Below the pieces are notes generated by a model, which did not search any database, was not told the origin of the DNA, and was given only the letters and a program-made list of their open reading frames with translations. A program made the position numbers and the translations under genes. From an uncultured Gammaproteobacteria bacterium (GTDB lineage: Bacteria > Patescibacteriota > Microgenomatia > UBA12405): a stretch of 64,000 bases of DNA. Below are positions 40,324 through 49,396 of this stretch, one piece after another. The stretch is from contig CAYUZS010000003.1 of the NCBI GenBank assembly GCA_964448705.1, positions 73,384 through 137,383 on the forward strand, written 5' to 3'. Within the stretch, counting starts at the first letter, position 1. Each line of letters opens with the position of its first letter.

Positions 40324-41420
40324 AGCCAAAAAAAATAATGATTGTCTTTTTCGATATGGCACTCGGCGGTATTCAAAGAAAGATTCTCGACATCATTAAC
40401 CACCTTCACAACCATTATTCGAATATTCAAATTACCTTATGTTTAATCGAAAAAAAAGGTATTTTTATTGATCGTATTCCAGATTATGTCAAAATAAAAA
40501 AGCCTCCATTTAGAACTCCCATTCTTTACTTACCTTGGTTTACCTTGTGGATTACCAAGGAAATTATCAGTAATAAGCCGGATTATATTTTACCGTTTAT
40601 GGATGTCAGTGCTGTTGCCGTCCTGGCCGCCAAACAACTTCTGTTTTGGAAAAAACCTCTTGTCTGTATCGGTGAAGACATCCTCACTTCAAAATACTTA
40701 CTCACCGAATCACAGCCCGATCTTCGTCGAAAAATGATTCGTTATTTTTATCCAAAATCCGACAAAATTTTAGTTCAAACACCCGTCCAGAAAGCTGATC
40801 TTATCGATATTGTCGGACAAAACATCGCCGACAAAATAATCGTTTCCCCAAATTGGCTGCCTCTGGAATTTCCACCCCAAAAATTACCTCCGCGTTCTGA
40901 TCGCTCAATTGACATTCTTTATCTTGGCCGTTTTGATTCCCAAAAAAACCTTTCTTTATTTATCACCATTATTTCCCAACTTCAGCACAGCATTCCCCGT
41001 CTTAAAGCTGTATTAGTCGGTAGTGGACACGAAACCAGAAAACTCAAGAGGCTTACCAAACATCTGGGACTTTCTAAAAATATCCAATTTTTCCCCGCCA
41101 CCACAGATCCTACCTCTTTCTATACCCAATCTAAAATATTTCTTCTTACCTCAGATTATGAAGGCTTTCCTCTTACCCTTCTGGAAGCCATCTCCTGTGG
41201 TTGCATTCCAATTTCCAGAAATTTATCCGAAATAAAACAATTTTTTAACCAGGATTCCAAGCATTATTTGTTTTCCAATCCCGACGAAGCCGCGGTTCTC
41301 CTCAACTACACTCTCACTCATCCACCCAAACCTTCGTTGAAACTTTATTATCAGCGAATCCTCACACTTCAGAACAAATATCTGCATCTCTATGTTAAAC
41401 ATCTCCTTTTTAAAAAATGA
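40320..41420 (+). CDS. Glycosyltransferase family 4 (paralog of preceding gene)
   Basis: DYEGFPLTLLEAISCGCIPIS is a GT4 motif. The domain order matches the 39241-40323 gene. Confidence 0.75.
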   Translation: MKPKKIMIVFFDMALGGIQRKILDIINHLHNHYSNIQITLCLIEKKGIFIDRIPDYVKIKKPPFRTPILYLPWFTLWITKEIISNKPDYILPFMDVSAVAVLAAKQLLFWKKPLVCIGEDILTSKYLLTESQPDLRRKMIRYFYPKSDKILVQTPVQKADLIDIVGQNIADKIIVSPNWLPLEFPPQKLPPRSDRSIDILYLGRFDSQKNLSLFITIISQLQHSIPRLKAVLVGSGHETRKLKRLTKHLGLSKNIQFFPATTDPTSFYTQSKIFLLTSDYEGFPLTLLEAISCGCIPISRNLSEIKQFFNQDSKHYLFSNPDEAAVLLNYTLTHPPKPSLKLYYQRILTLQNKYLHLYVKHLLFKK

Positions 41421-43297
41421 AGTTATCTTCATCGCTCACAGTCGCAGTTATCACCTGTCGTCGTCCCAAACTTCTTAAACGTTGTCTTTTTAGTTTTTTA
41501 AAACAAAAAACTGCTTTAAGAATTATTATTATTGACAACGATTATCAACAGACTTCAAAAAAAATTTGTCAATCATTCTCAAAAAAGCTGTCTTTAAAAT
41601 ACTTGGTCTGTCCGATAAAAAGTATCCCCAGGGCAAGAAGTTTAGCCATTGAATCCTGTGAAACTAATTATTTGGCTTTTATCGACGACGATTGCTGTAT
41701 CGATCGTCACTGGTCAGAAATTGCCCGGGAACTCATTTCCGCCAATCCAAACACCGCCTATTGGCAGGGACAAACTTATCCTCCCGCCAAACCTTCCTTG
41801 CTTGATTCTGCCCATTTCCAAATCTATTCCCAATGGCTGCTTCATCCCCACCAGGGATTGGATACAAAAAATATCATTATTAATTTATCTGTGGTCAAAA
41901 AATATCATCTTTCTTTTGACCCCAACTTTCCAATCTTTGAGGATATAGATTTTGGCCTTCAACTGAATCAGCATCATCTTTCCGGAATGTTTATCCCTAA
42001 ATTAATAGTCAGCCACCATGAATATATAAAATTGTTCCCATTAATCCGAAAATATTTTTATCGCGGTCAAATCAAATTTGCTATCAATCAAAAATGGGGC
42101 AATTTTGATAACTATCAGCCTACTCTCGACTTCTTTACCATCATTAAAAAATTAGCTACCAACTTTTTCAAAGCACTTCTGGAAATTTCATTTGACTCTG
42201 GTTTCAAATATGCCCAAAAGTATCAGATTCTTCCCAACGACAACCATCTTTCTATAATAAATCGCCATGACCGGGGAGCCAACCAAGAACGCCTTGAAGC
42301 CATAACTAATTTTCTCCACAAAAACAATTTTCAGGTAACCAATATTGATTCGGAAAAAATTCTTCTCGATTGCCAATTGCATCGACGTCAGTTCTTAAAA
42401 GAAAATCCCCTAGCCTACCTATTAATTCATTTATCTCTACTTAATAATCCACCTTTCAGATATTTTTTTAGCCTACTTCTTCGCGGTTATCTTCTCAATT
42501 TTTATCTTCATCGTTTGCATACCAAAAAAGTAATTTCTCAATATTCCGAAGACATTTTTGTCGCCATATATCCACACCGCTTTCAACTTATCCTTGATTT
42601 ACCGACCATTTTTTCTGAAGAATTAAAACTCAGTCACCGGCTGCCTCTACCGATTATTAATATAATAACCCGTCTGGAAAACCTCGCCTATTCCAAAGCC
42701 GATCATACTTGCTTCCATTGGTCCGGCTTTCTTAATTATGCACGTAAAATTGGAAAAAAAATTCCAAACAGTTTTATCCTCAACTGGGGGTGTAATTCAG
42801 TTTCAAAAGTAGCTGTATTTAAAAAACATCCCAAAATAATTTATCTTGGCGATTTTACTTCACCTTGGACCAATCCCTCATTACTACTCAGACTGCAGAA
42901 AACATCTTCTATCGACATTTTTAGCTATCAAACTTCATCCAAATTTAAAACCAAAGGCTATTTAAAAAATCTCCAAAAACTCAGCCTTTATCAATTTGGT
43001 CTAATAACTATCACCAATGATCCGCTCAGAAACAATGGTTTTTCTGCCAAGTACTTAAAATATCTTGAGCATGGTCTACCGGTTCTTTGCCCTGAATGGC
43101 GTCGGGATCCCCTGCTAAAACCAGCCACCATTTACTATAATGAAAGAAATTTTGTCAAACAGCTTAAAAAATATTCTCAAAAAAAACTTTGGTTAAAAAA
43201 ACACCAAGCTGCCCTAAGAATTTCCAAAAATTTAAATTGGAACAAAACTCTACTTCCATTGTTACCGAAAATTAATTCATCTAAAAATGAATATTAG
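41417..43297 (+). CDS. Glycosyltransferase family 2 with large C-terminal extension of unknown function
   Basis: The N-terminus (VAVITCRRPKLLKRCL...IIIDND...AFIDDDC) is a GT-A fold with a DxD motif. The ~350-aa C-terminal region is unassigned. Confidence 0.6.
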   Translation: MKLSSSLTVAVITCRRPKLLKRCLFSFLKQKTALRIIIIDNDYQQTSKKICQSFSKKLSLKYLVCPIKSIPRARSLAIESCETNYLAFIDDDCCIDRHWSEIARELISANPNTAYWQGQTYPPAKPSLLDSAHFQIYSQWLLHPHQGLDTKNIIINLSVVKKYHLSFDPNFPIFEDIDFGLQLNQHHLSGMFIPKLIVSHHEYIKLFPLIRKYFYRGQIKFAINQKWGNFDNYQPTLDFFTIIKKLATNFFKALLEISFDSGFKYAQKYQILPNDNHLSIINRHDRGANQERLEAITNFLHKNNFQVTNIDSEKILLDCQLHRRQFLKENPLAYLLIHLSLLNNPPFRYFFSLLLRGYLLNFYLHRLHTKKVISQYSEDIFVAIYPHRFQLILDLPTIFSEELKLSHRLPLPIINIITRLENLAYSKADHTCFHWSGFLNYARKIGKKIPNSFILNWGCNSVSKVAVFKKHPKIIYLGDFTSPWTNPSLLLRLQKTSSIDIFSYQTSSKFKTKGYLKNLQKLSLYQFGLITITNDPLRNNGFSAKYLKYLEHGLPVLCPEWRRDPLLKPATIYYNERNFVKQLKKYSQKKLWLKKHQAALRISKNLNWNKTLLPLLPKINSSKNEY

Positions 43298-44360
43298 TAA
43301 AAAAATTAAATCAACCGGAATCAATCTCTCCATTTGGTGGCAGAATCTTTTAATAAAAGTCTCTCTCAATCTTAATAAACCTCTAAACAAACCTACTTCC
43401 ATTACTTTTGACCTAACTCCAAATTGTGTTCTAAAATGCAAGCAATGCGATATTTGGAAAAGTCCTCCAGAAACACAACTCTCACTAAAAGAAGCTAAAA
43501 TTATCATTGACCGGCTTCACTCTTGGTTAGGTAGTTGCTACCTCTTTTTTACCGGCGGTGAACCGTTAACAAACACAGACCTACCCGAAATAATTGGTTA
43601 TGCCTACAGAAAAGGCATCCTTTCTCACATCAACAGTAATGCCGTCCTGATAGACAAGTCACTGGCAAAAAAACTCACTCTAAACCACCTTTATGCTATT
43701 TCCATCTCTCTTGATGGGGCTACAGCCAAAACTCACGATTATCTCCGTGGTGTTTCAGGAACATTCGATAAAGTCATCAAAGCTATTAATTATCTTCAAA
43801 AAACAACTCATTCTCCTAAAATTTACATCAATACAGTCATAATGAAAAATAACACTATGGAATTAGAAAAATTAATAGAACTAACCAAAAAATACCACAC
43901 TAACGGCATTATGTTTCAATGTTTACTTCCCAATCTCGGACAAAACAGTGTCAAAGCTATTTCCAAAAACAATCCTTTATGGCCAAACAAAACTAAAATT
44001 ACAGCCGTTATAAAAAGGATTATCCAAAAAACCTCTTCTGAACCTCTTATTCTAAGTTCCAAACAGGATTTGGAAACCTCTCTGAAATATTATAAAAATC
44101 CCGGACTATTTAATAAATTTGTCTGTGCCGCCGGAATAAATAATTTTATTGTTGATCATCATGGAGACGTTAGGCTTTGTTTCGACTTTCCTGCTATCGG
44201 AAATATTATCAGGGAAAACCCCCAATCTATCTGGTGGAGCCAAAAAGCTGTTACCCAGCGTCAACAAATCCGCCACTGTCAACGAAATTGCAAGCTTATT
44301 GCCTGTAACAAAGCTGATACTGCCAGAAATAAAACTGTCGCTGCTAATCTTTTTGAATAA
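43287..44360 (+). CDS. Radical SAM enzyme with C-terminal SPASM/twitch-like Cys cluster
   Basis: CVLKCKQCDIW is the CxxxCxxC motif and GGEPL is a SAM-binding motif. The C-terminal Cys-rich segment reads CAAG...C...CQRNCKLIAC. Confidence 0.7.
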   Translation: MNISKKIKSTGINLSIWWQNLLIKVSLNLNKPLNKPTSITFDLTPNCVLKCKQCDIWKSPPETQLSLKEAKIIIDRLHSWLGSCYLFFTGGEPLTNTDLPEIIGYAYRKGILSHINSNAVLIDKSLAKKLTLNHLYAISISLDGATAKTHDYLRGVSGTFDKVIKAINYLQKTTHSPKIYINTVIMKNNTMELEKLIELTKKYHTNGIMFQCLLPNLGQNSVKAISKNNPLWPNKTKITAVIKRIIQKTSSEPLILSSKQDLETSLKYYKNPGLFNKFVCAAGINNFIVDHHGDVRLCFDFPAIGNIIRENPQSIWWSQKAVTQRQQIRHCQRNCKLIACNKADTARNKTVAANLFE

Positions 44361-45015
44361 TTCCTACTCCCGGATCCTCTAATATCTCGAATAGTTTGTA
44401 TTTTCCTGAGTCTTTAATTTCTTTCCAAAATTTTCTGGTTCCATAAAAGTTTCCATCCTTGTCCGGACTTCCGATATCATGGATCGCCAAAAATCCGCCT
44501 TTTTCCACATTCTGCCAGAACATTTCAAAATCTTTTTTCACCCCTGTATAAGAATGGTCGCCGTCAATATGAACGTAACCATATTTTATTTTTTCATTTT
44601 TTGCGTAATATTCATCTGATTTCATCACCCTCAATTTTATATACTTCTCCAAACCAAATTTTCCAAAATGTTTTTTTTCATCTACCTTCTTCCAAAAACC
44701 AACTCCTCCCCAATGTTCTCCAGCAACTTTATCATAATCATCCATATCAAATCCGGCATCAACAAAATCAACTAAACCCATCCCGTTATCTTTGCACGCC
44801 AAAGCGCATACGGCCGGAATATATCCGTATTTACTGCCAACACATAGTACCTTATCCGGTCTGATTTGCCTAATCAGTGAATAATGGATCCAGCCATAAC
44901 CTAAACCTCCCCGATTGTTATCCCAGTGATGCCAATTGTCATCTTTTGCATAATTCTCAATAAATTTCCTGACATTTTTCTTATCTATTAAATCTTTTGT
45001 CCCGCTGAATATCAT
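44344..45015 (-). CDS. Class I SAM-dependent methyltransferase (TylF/CmcI-like)
   Basis: VLCVGSKYG and the C-terminal YVHIDGDHSYTGVKKDFEMF...GGFLAIHD fit a macrocin-O-MTase-like fold. Confidence 0.55.
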   Translation of the reverse strand: MIFSGTKDLIDKKNVRKFIENYAKDDNWHHWDNNRGGLGYGWIHYSLIRQIRPDKVLCVGSKYGYIPAVCALACKDNGMGLVDFVDAGFDMDDYDKVAGEHWGGVGFWKKVDEKKHFGKFGLEKYIKLRVMKSDEYYAKNEKIKYGYVHIDGDHSYTGVKKDFEMFWQNVEKGGFLAIHDIGSPDKDGNFYGTRKFWKEIKDSGKYKLFEILEDPGVGIIQKD

Positions 45016-45041
45016 TCTCCATTATAATACTATCATTCTCT

Positions 45042-46196
45042 ATGCTTTCAACCTTCTTCAAATCATCTCCATCCAAACCAATCGACTTTTCTTTTTTTCC
45101 CTCCTTAAATCAAAATCTTTTTATCCATTCCACCCCTTTTTTTCTAACAAATAAATCAATTGTAAAAAATCGTTTACTAGAACTGCATCAAACAATGTCT
45201 CAATTTCACCTGGCTCAGGCAAAAATTGCCTACTCATTCAAAACCAATTACGACGTCGCCAAAAATATCAGATTTGACATGGCTGAAGTTGTTTCTCAAA
45301 GAGAATTAAAAATGTCACTCCATAATCACTACCATTATTCACAAATTATTTTTAATGGACCAAACAAAGGCAATTTTCTTCCACTTTTGTACCGTCCAAT
45401 CACTCTCAACCTTGACCATTTTTCTGAAATTGAAAATCTTCCTCCATACTCCTCAAAAATAACCGCTAAAATTGGTCTCCGTTTTAACTCACTCTCCTCA
45501 CCTAGTCGTTTTGGCTTCAATCTTGAAAACGGCCAAGCCAGCCAAGCATTTTCTCTTTTAAAACAGAAAAAATACCCCCTTTCCGGAATCCACTTTCATC
45601 TTGGCAGCGATATTCAAAACTCTGACCTCTATCAGCAATGTTCTCTGGCCATTTCTTCCTTCATCAAAAAACACCATCTCTTTGCTGACCTTGTTTATAT
45701 CGACTTTGGTGGTGGTTTTCCCTCACACGGTTTAATCCACCAAACCGACATCCAATCTTTACCAAAGATATCGAATTATATTAATAGTATCGTTCAACCA
45801 CTGTCCAAAATTGTTGATTTTTCTAAGACAGAAATTATTCTGGAACCCGGTAGATATTTAGTCGACGACTCAACTGTCATGATAACCAAAGTTCTTAGCA
45901 CTATTGAAACTAGTAACCATCAGTTAATTACTGTCGATGCTGCAAACACTATGTTGCCCTCAACATGGTATCGACGCCATCTAATCAAAAATTTATCTGC
46001 GAATAATAACTTTAAAACTATAGAAACAATTATTTATGGCAGCAGCTGCCAGGAAACAGACATTTTATATCGCGGAAAATTCCAAAAGGTTTCTATTGGA
46101 GACCTTCTTGTTTTTTATTGTGTTGGTGCCTACAATCAAAGTCAAACTTCTTCGTTTATTTTTAATAAACCCAAAACCTATTTTATATATGACTAA
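45042..46196 (+). CDS. Fold-type III PLP-dependent decarboxylase (DAP/Orn decarboxylase-like)
   Basis: AYSFKTNY (Lys-containing), GIHFHLGSD, EPGRYLV and YGSSCQETD match family conserved boxes. The likely start is an internal Met near 45194. Confidence 0.55.
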   Translation: MLSTFFKSSPSKPIDFSFFPSLNQNLFIHSTPFFLTNKSIVKNRLLELHQTMSQFHLAQAKIAYSFKTNYDVAKNIRFDMAEVVSQRELKMSLHNHYHYSQIIFNGPNKGNFLPLLYRPITLNLDHFSEIENLPPYSSKITAKIGLRFNSLSSPSRFGFNLENGQASQAFSLLKQKKYPLSGIHFHLGSDIQNSDLYQQCSLAISSFIKKHHLFADLVYIDFGGGFPSHGLIHQTDIQSLPKISNYINSIVQPLSKIVDFSKTEIILEPGRYLVDDSTVMITKVLSTIETSNHQLITVDAANTMLPSTWYRRHLIKNLSANNNFKTIETIIYGSSCQETDILYRGKFQKVSIGDLLVFYCVGAYNQSQTSSFIFNKPKTYFIYD

Positions 46197-46950
46197 AAGA
46201 TTTAATCACCACTATTTTACCCTCCTCTCTGTTATGACCAAAACAGAGTTTATGAGCCGTTACAAAAGGGCTATTTTTGGTTTTCTATGGTTGTTTCTTA
46301 ACCCACTCTTTCAAATGCTAATCATCGGTACTGTCTTCTCTCACTTTATTAGTCTTCCAAACTACTATTTGTTCCTCTTTGGAGGTCTCCTTTTATGGCA
46401 GTTCTTTTCCTCCTCAATCACCAAATCAACCTATAGCTTTGTTTCTAACCGAAATCTGCTTCAAAAAACTCCTTTTCCTTTAGAAATAATCCCTATCTCT
46501 ATTATTCTTGCTGATTATATTAATCTACTCTTTTCCCTTCTGCTTTTTCTAACGACCACCGCCTTTGTAACTGGTCTCTCCTTAAAAGCTCTCTTGATTA
46601 TTCCCATTCTGCTATGGCTGCTGACTTTCTCAGTTGCTTTCTCCTTAATCACTTCTACTCTTAATGTTCGTTTCCGCGATACCAACTTTTTTGTTAACAC
46701 TCTTCTCATGCTTTGGTTTTATGCCACTCCCATCCTCTATCAAACCAACAGTCTACCTGGGTTTCTACAAAAATATCTGATTATCAATCCTTTGGCTTCA
46801 CTTTTCTCCCTATTTCATTATATTTTCTTTAATGCTCCTTTTCCAAACACTATTCTTATAATCACTAATCTTTTTACCACCATTGTAATCTTATTTTTAG
46901 GTATTTTTCTTTTCCGAAAAAATTACTCCTATTTTGTTGATTGGTTATAA
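46189..46950 (+). CDS. ABC-2-type transporter permease (Wzm/TagG-like polysaccharide exporter)
   Basis: The N-terminal EFMSRYKRAIFGFLWLFLNPL sequence is followed by 6 TM helices. The start is re-set to the Met at 46189; the ORF track started at 46036. Confidence 0.7.
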   Translation: MTKRFNHHYFTLLSVMTKTEFMSRYKRAIFGFLWLFLNPLFQMLIIGTVFSHFISLPNYYLFLFGGLLLWQFFSSSITKSTYSFVSNRNLLQKTPFPLEIIPISIILADYINLLFSLLLFLTTTAFVTGLSLKALLIIPILLWLLTFSVAFSLITSTLNVRFRDTNFFVNTLLMLWFYATPILYQTNSLPGFLQKYLIINPLASLFSLFHYIFFNAPFPNTILIITNLFTTIVILFLGIFLFRKNYSYFVDWL

Positions 46951-47956
46951 AACTATGTCAAAAGTTATTAAAATAAAACATTTATCCAAAAAATATTCTC
47001 TTCATTCTTCAAAACCCACTTTGATTGAACAGTTAAACCCAAAAGATAAAATTTACTGGGCTCTTAAAGACATTAACCTTACTGTAGAATCCGGAGAACG
47101 TGTCGGTTTTTTTGGTCCAAACGGTGCTGGTAAAACTACTCTACTCAAAATAATTTCCCACATTACCACTCCTGCTTCAGGAACAGTCACCACTAGTGGA
47201 AAAATAATTTCTCTAATTGAATTAACCGCTGGTTTTGACCAAGAGCTTACCGGTTATGAAAATATCAAACTTCAATTGGCACTTATGGCCGATTTCAATC
47301 AGGACCAAACCTCTCAGGTTATTTCAGACTGTATAAATTTTTCGGAACTATCAGATTTTATTCATCAACCGCTTTATACCTATTCCTCCGGTATGATTCT
47401 TCGTCTGGCTTTTTCGATTGCAACAGTCATTCCTGCTGATATTTTCATCGTTGACGAATTTTTGGCAGTTGGGGACACCGAATTTAAAAGTAAATGTGCC
47501 GAATATTTCAATCAACTTAAACTAAGTCATAAGACTATTCTTGCCTCCTCTCACGATCTTCAATGGCTGATTTCTTTTTGTGATAAGGTATACCCTATCA
47601 ATCATGGTCGCCTTGATCGGGAAAATTTTGTCACCCCCCAACATCTGGAATTCTTTCGGCGATCCCTCCAAAAAAACAGTTCTTCTGTCACGGTTACTAC
47701 CGGCAGTATGCTACCAACTCTTAATATTGGTCAGGTTGTTCCAATTAAAAATATCTCTTTCTCTAAAATAAAACCCGGCGACATTATTGCCTTCATGTTT
47801 ACCAATTTTCCTCAACCTATTGTTCATCGGGTAATCGCCATTGGCATCAACAACCGCCAACCTATTTTAGTTACCAAAGGAGACGCCCACAGCCAACCGG
47901 ACTCCTGGATGGTCACCAAAAAAGAATATCTTGGAATTATTCAATTTAATCACTAA
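46934..47956 (+). CDS. ABC transporter ATP-binding protein (Wzt/TagH-like) fused to C-terminal S26 signal-peptidase-like domain
   Basis: The Walker A motif GPNGAGKTT, the signature YSSGMILRL, the Walker B motif IFIVDEF and the H-loop SSHD are present. The C-terminal ~110 aa carry GSMLPTL (SPase box B Ser), GDIIAF, HRVIA (His in place of the catalytic Lys, as in ER/archaeal-type SPases) and KGDAHSQPDS (box E-like). Confidence 0.65.
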   Translation: MLIGYKTMSKVIKIKHLSKKYSLHSSKPTLIEQLNPKDKIYWALKDINLTVESGERVGFFGPNGAGKTTLLKIISHITTPASGTVTTSGKIISLIELTAGFDQELTGYENIKLQLALMADFNQDQTSQVISDCINFSELSDFIHQPLYTYSSGMILRLAFSIATVIPADIFIVDEFLAVGDTEFKSKCAEYFNQLKLSHKTILASSHDLQWLISFCDKVYPINHGRLDRENFVTPQHLEFFRRSLQKNSSSVTVTTGSMLPTLNIGQVVPIKNISFSKIKPGDIIAFMFTNFPQPIVHRVIAIGINNRQPILVTKGDAHSQPDSWMVTKKEYLGIIQFNH

Positions 47957-48914
47957 GTCTGTCCTTTATTTTCACATACATTGTCTCCCAAAACTCGCCT
48001 AACTTTTCAGCACTTTTCCTTATTCCTAGCCGAAGTTTCATCTCTGGAAATATCTTTTCAGTCATTTTTTCTTTCTTCCGTGAAATTTTCATTCTTTCAA
48101 AAACATCCGCCCTTTGTTTACAGGAAGAACATACCCCGCAAGGATACTTGTTTCCATTTGTACAGCTCCAAGTCTTTTCCAAAGGCAGACAATATTTTTT
48201 TCCCATTTCTACCACCTCTTCTTTTTCCATCCAGTTTCCAAACTGAGGCTCAAAAAATAGTGAATAATATTCAAAATTGGTATCGTCTCCAATCTCCCGA
48301 ATCAAATCTTGATATAACCTAATTCGGCTTAATGTCTGGCCTTTTATGGTTAACCCGTCAGTCGGTAATATCGCGGTTAAAATTGTCTTTACGGTTATAT
48401 CGTACCGGTATTTCAAATAAAAAGAATATTGTAATGCATAAATTGGGTATTGATAGAGAATATCCGGCAATAACCAAAACGACATCTTATTATTTACTAC
48501 TTGTGACAATAAATATTTATGATGAAAAAATTTTCCTGGTTTAATCATCCTGTATTCTTCCAAAATATTAGCAGGATAGGTATAAACATCCATTTCTTTT
48601 ACCGGCCAACTTAAACCCGGATATTTTTTTTGAAAATATTTATCAAAAAATTTCACCGATCTAGTGCTACCATTAAGGTTACCTCTCGTATATTTCTGTC
48701 TAATATAAACCGGATACACTTTTGTTCCATTACAAAGTAGATATTCCCATAACACAGTCGAGTCGATGCCTCCGGAAACCAACAGTATCGCCTCGTCCAA
48801 ATTCAAGTAATCTTTTAAGTTTCTATTTATTTCACTTTTATCAACTTTTTCAATCGGATTATCTTTTAACCTCTTTCGAAATTCACTTGAAGAAATCCTT
48901 GCTATTTGATTCAT
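47946..48914 (-). CDS. QueC-like PP-loop ATP pyrophosphatase (7-cyano-7-deazaguanine synthase family)
   Basis: The SGGIDS PP-loop is present. The C-terminal TWSCTNGNKYPCGVCSSCKQR matches the QueC Zn-binding CxxC..C tail. No other que genes were seen in the window. Confidence 0.55.
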   Translation of the reverse strand: MNQIARISSSEFRKRLKDNPIEKVDKSEINRNLKDYLNLDEAILLVSGGIDSTVLWEYLLCNGTKVYPVYIRQKYTRGNLNGSTRSVKFFDKYFQKKYPGLSWPVKEMDVYTYPANILEEYRMIKPGKFFHHKYLLSQVVNNKMSFWLLPDILYQYPIYALQYSFYLKYRYDITVKTILTAILPTDGLTIKGQTLSRIRLYQDLIREIGDDTNFEYYSLFFEPQFGNWMEKEEVVEMGKKYCLPLEKTWSCTNGNKYPCGVCSSCKQRADVFERMKISRKKEKMTEKIFPEMKLRLGIRKSAEKLGEFWETMYVKIKDRLSD

Positions 48915-49186
48915 TTTTCTTCTCTAATTATCCCAGTTTTAATACCTTTTTTCAAAAAAGACTTCACATCTTCCCTCGCCTCATCTTTTTCCACCTTATA
49001 GTGTTTATATAAAAAACTAACCATTTCTTCGATACTTTTTGGACTAACCAACAACTTCCATAAATCCACTGCCGTCCCTGAAAGAATCGTAATTCTCGAC
49101 TCACCTTCCACCGCAATCAACACCTCATCATTTCGATACTCGGAATAACATTTCTCCACCTTAACAAAAACATCCCTATCTCTCAT
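48911..49186 (-). CDS. PqqD-like peptide-binding protein (RiPP recognition element)
   Basis: The 91-aa protein has TAVDLWKLL...SIEEMVSFLYKHYKVEKDEAREDVKSFLKKGIKTGII, which fits the PqqD-family pattern (winged-helix RRE). A strong RBS (AAAGGATGGG) precedes it. Confidence 0.6.
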   Translation of the reverse strand: MRDRDVFVKVEKCYSEYRNDEVLIAVEGESRITILSGTAVDLWKLLVSPKSIEEMVSFLYKHYKVEKDEAREDVKSFLKKGIKTGIIREEK

Positions 49187-49201
49187 GTTTTCCCATCCTT
49201 T

Positions 49202-49309
49202 TTATCTCGCACAAGCACAGGACGCACAGACACATGATCCATCGGGACACTGTTTGGGTGTTTCTCCACCACATGCCAAAACAGAATTTAAAGAAATCAC
49301 TTTAATCAT
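49202..49309 (-). CDS. Unannotated 35-aa Cys-rich small peptide MIKVISLNSVLACGGETPKQCPDGSCVCASCACAR (candidate RiPP precursor)
   Basis: I found this by manual translation of the minus strand. It is absent from the ORF track because it is under 60 aa. It has six Cys in the C-terminal 23 residues after a hydrophobic leader-like N-terminus. It ends 15 nt upstream of the PqqD-like gene start. Confidence 0.4.
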   Translation of the reverse strand: MIKVISLNSVLACGGETPKQCPDGSCVCASCACAR

Positions 49310-49396
49310 CGGTTTTTGATAATCATTCCTATTTTGTTGCACCATAAAATAAATATACAAAAACCTTATCTTAAATGCAAATACCAGTTCTAATTT

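Noticed and set aside
49187-49396. Lasso-peptide interpretation of the peptide/PqqD/PP-loop trio
   Set aside because: The PP-loop protein is QueC-like (~320 aa with a Zn tail) rather than an asparagine-synthetase-like lasso cyclase (~600 aa). No transglutaminase-like B2 protease is present. The core lacks the Gly1/Asp-Glu8-9 pattern.
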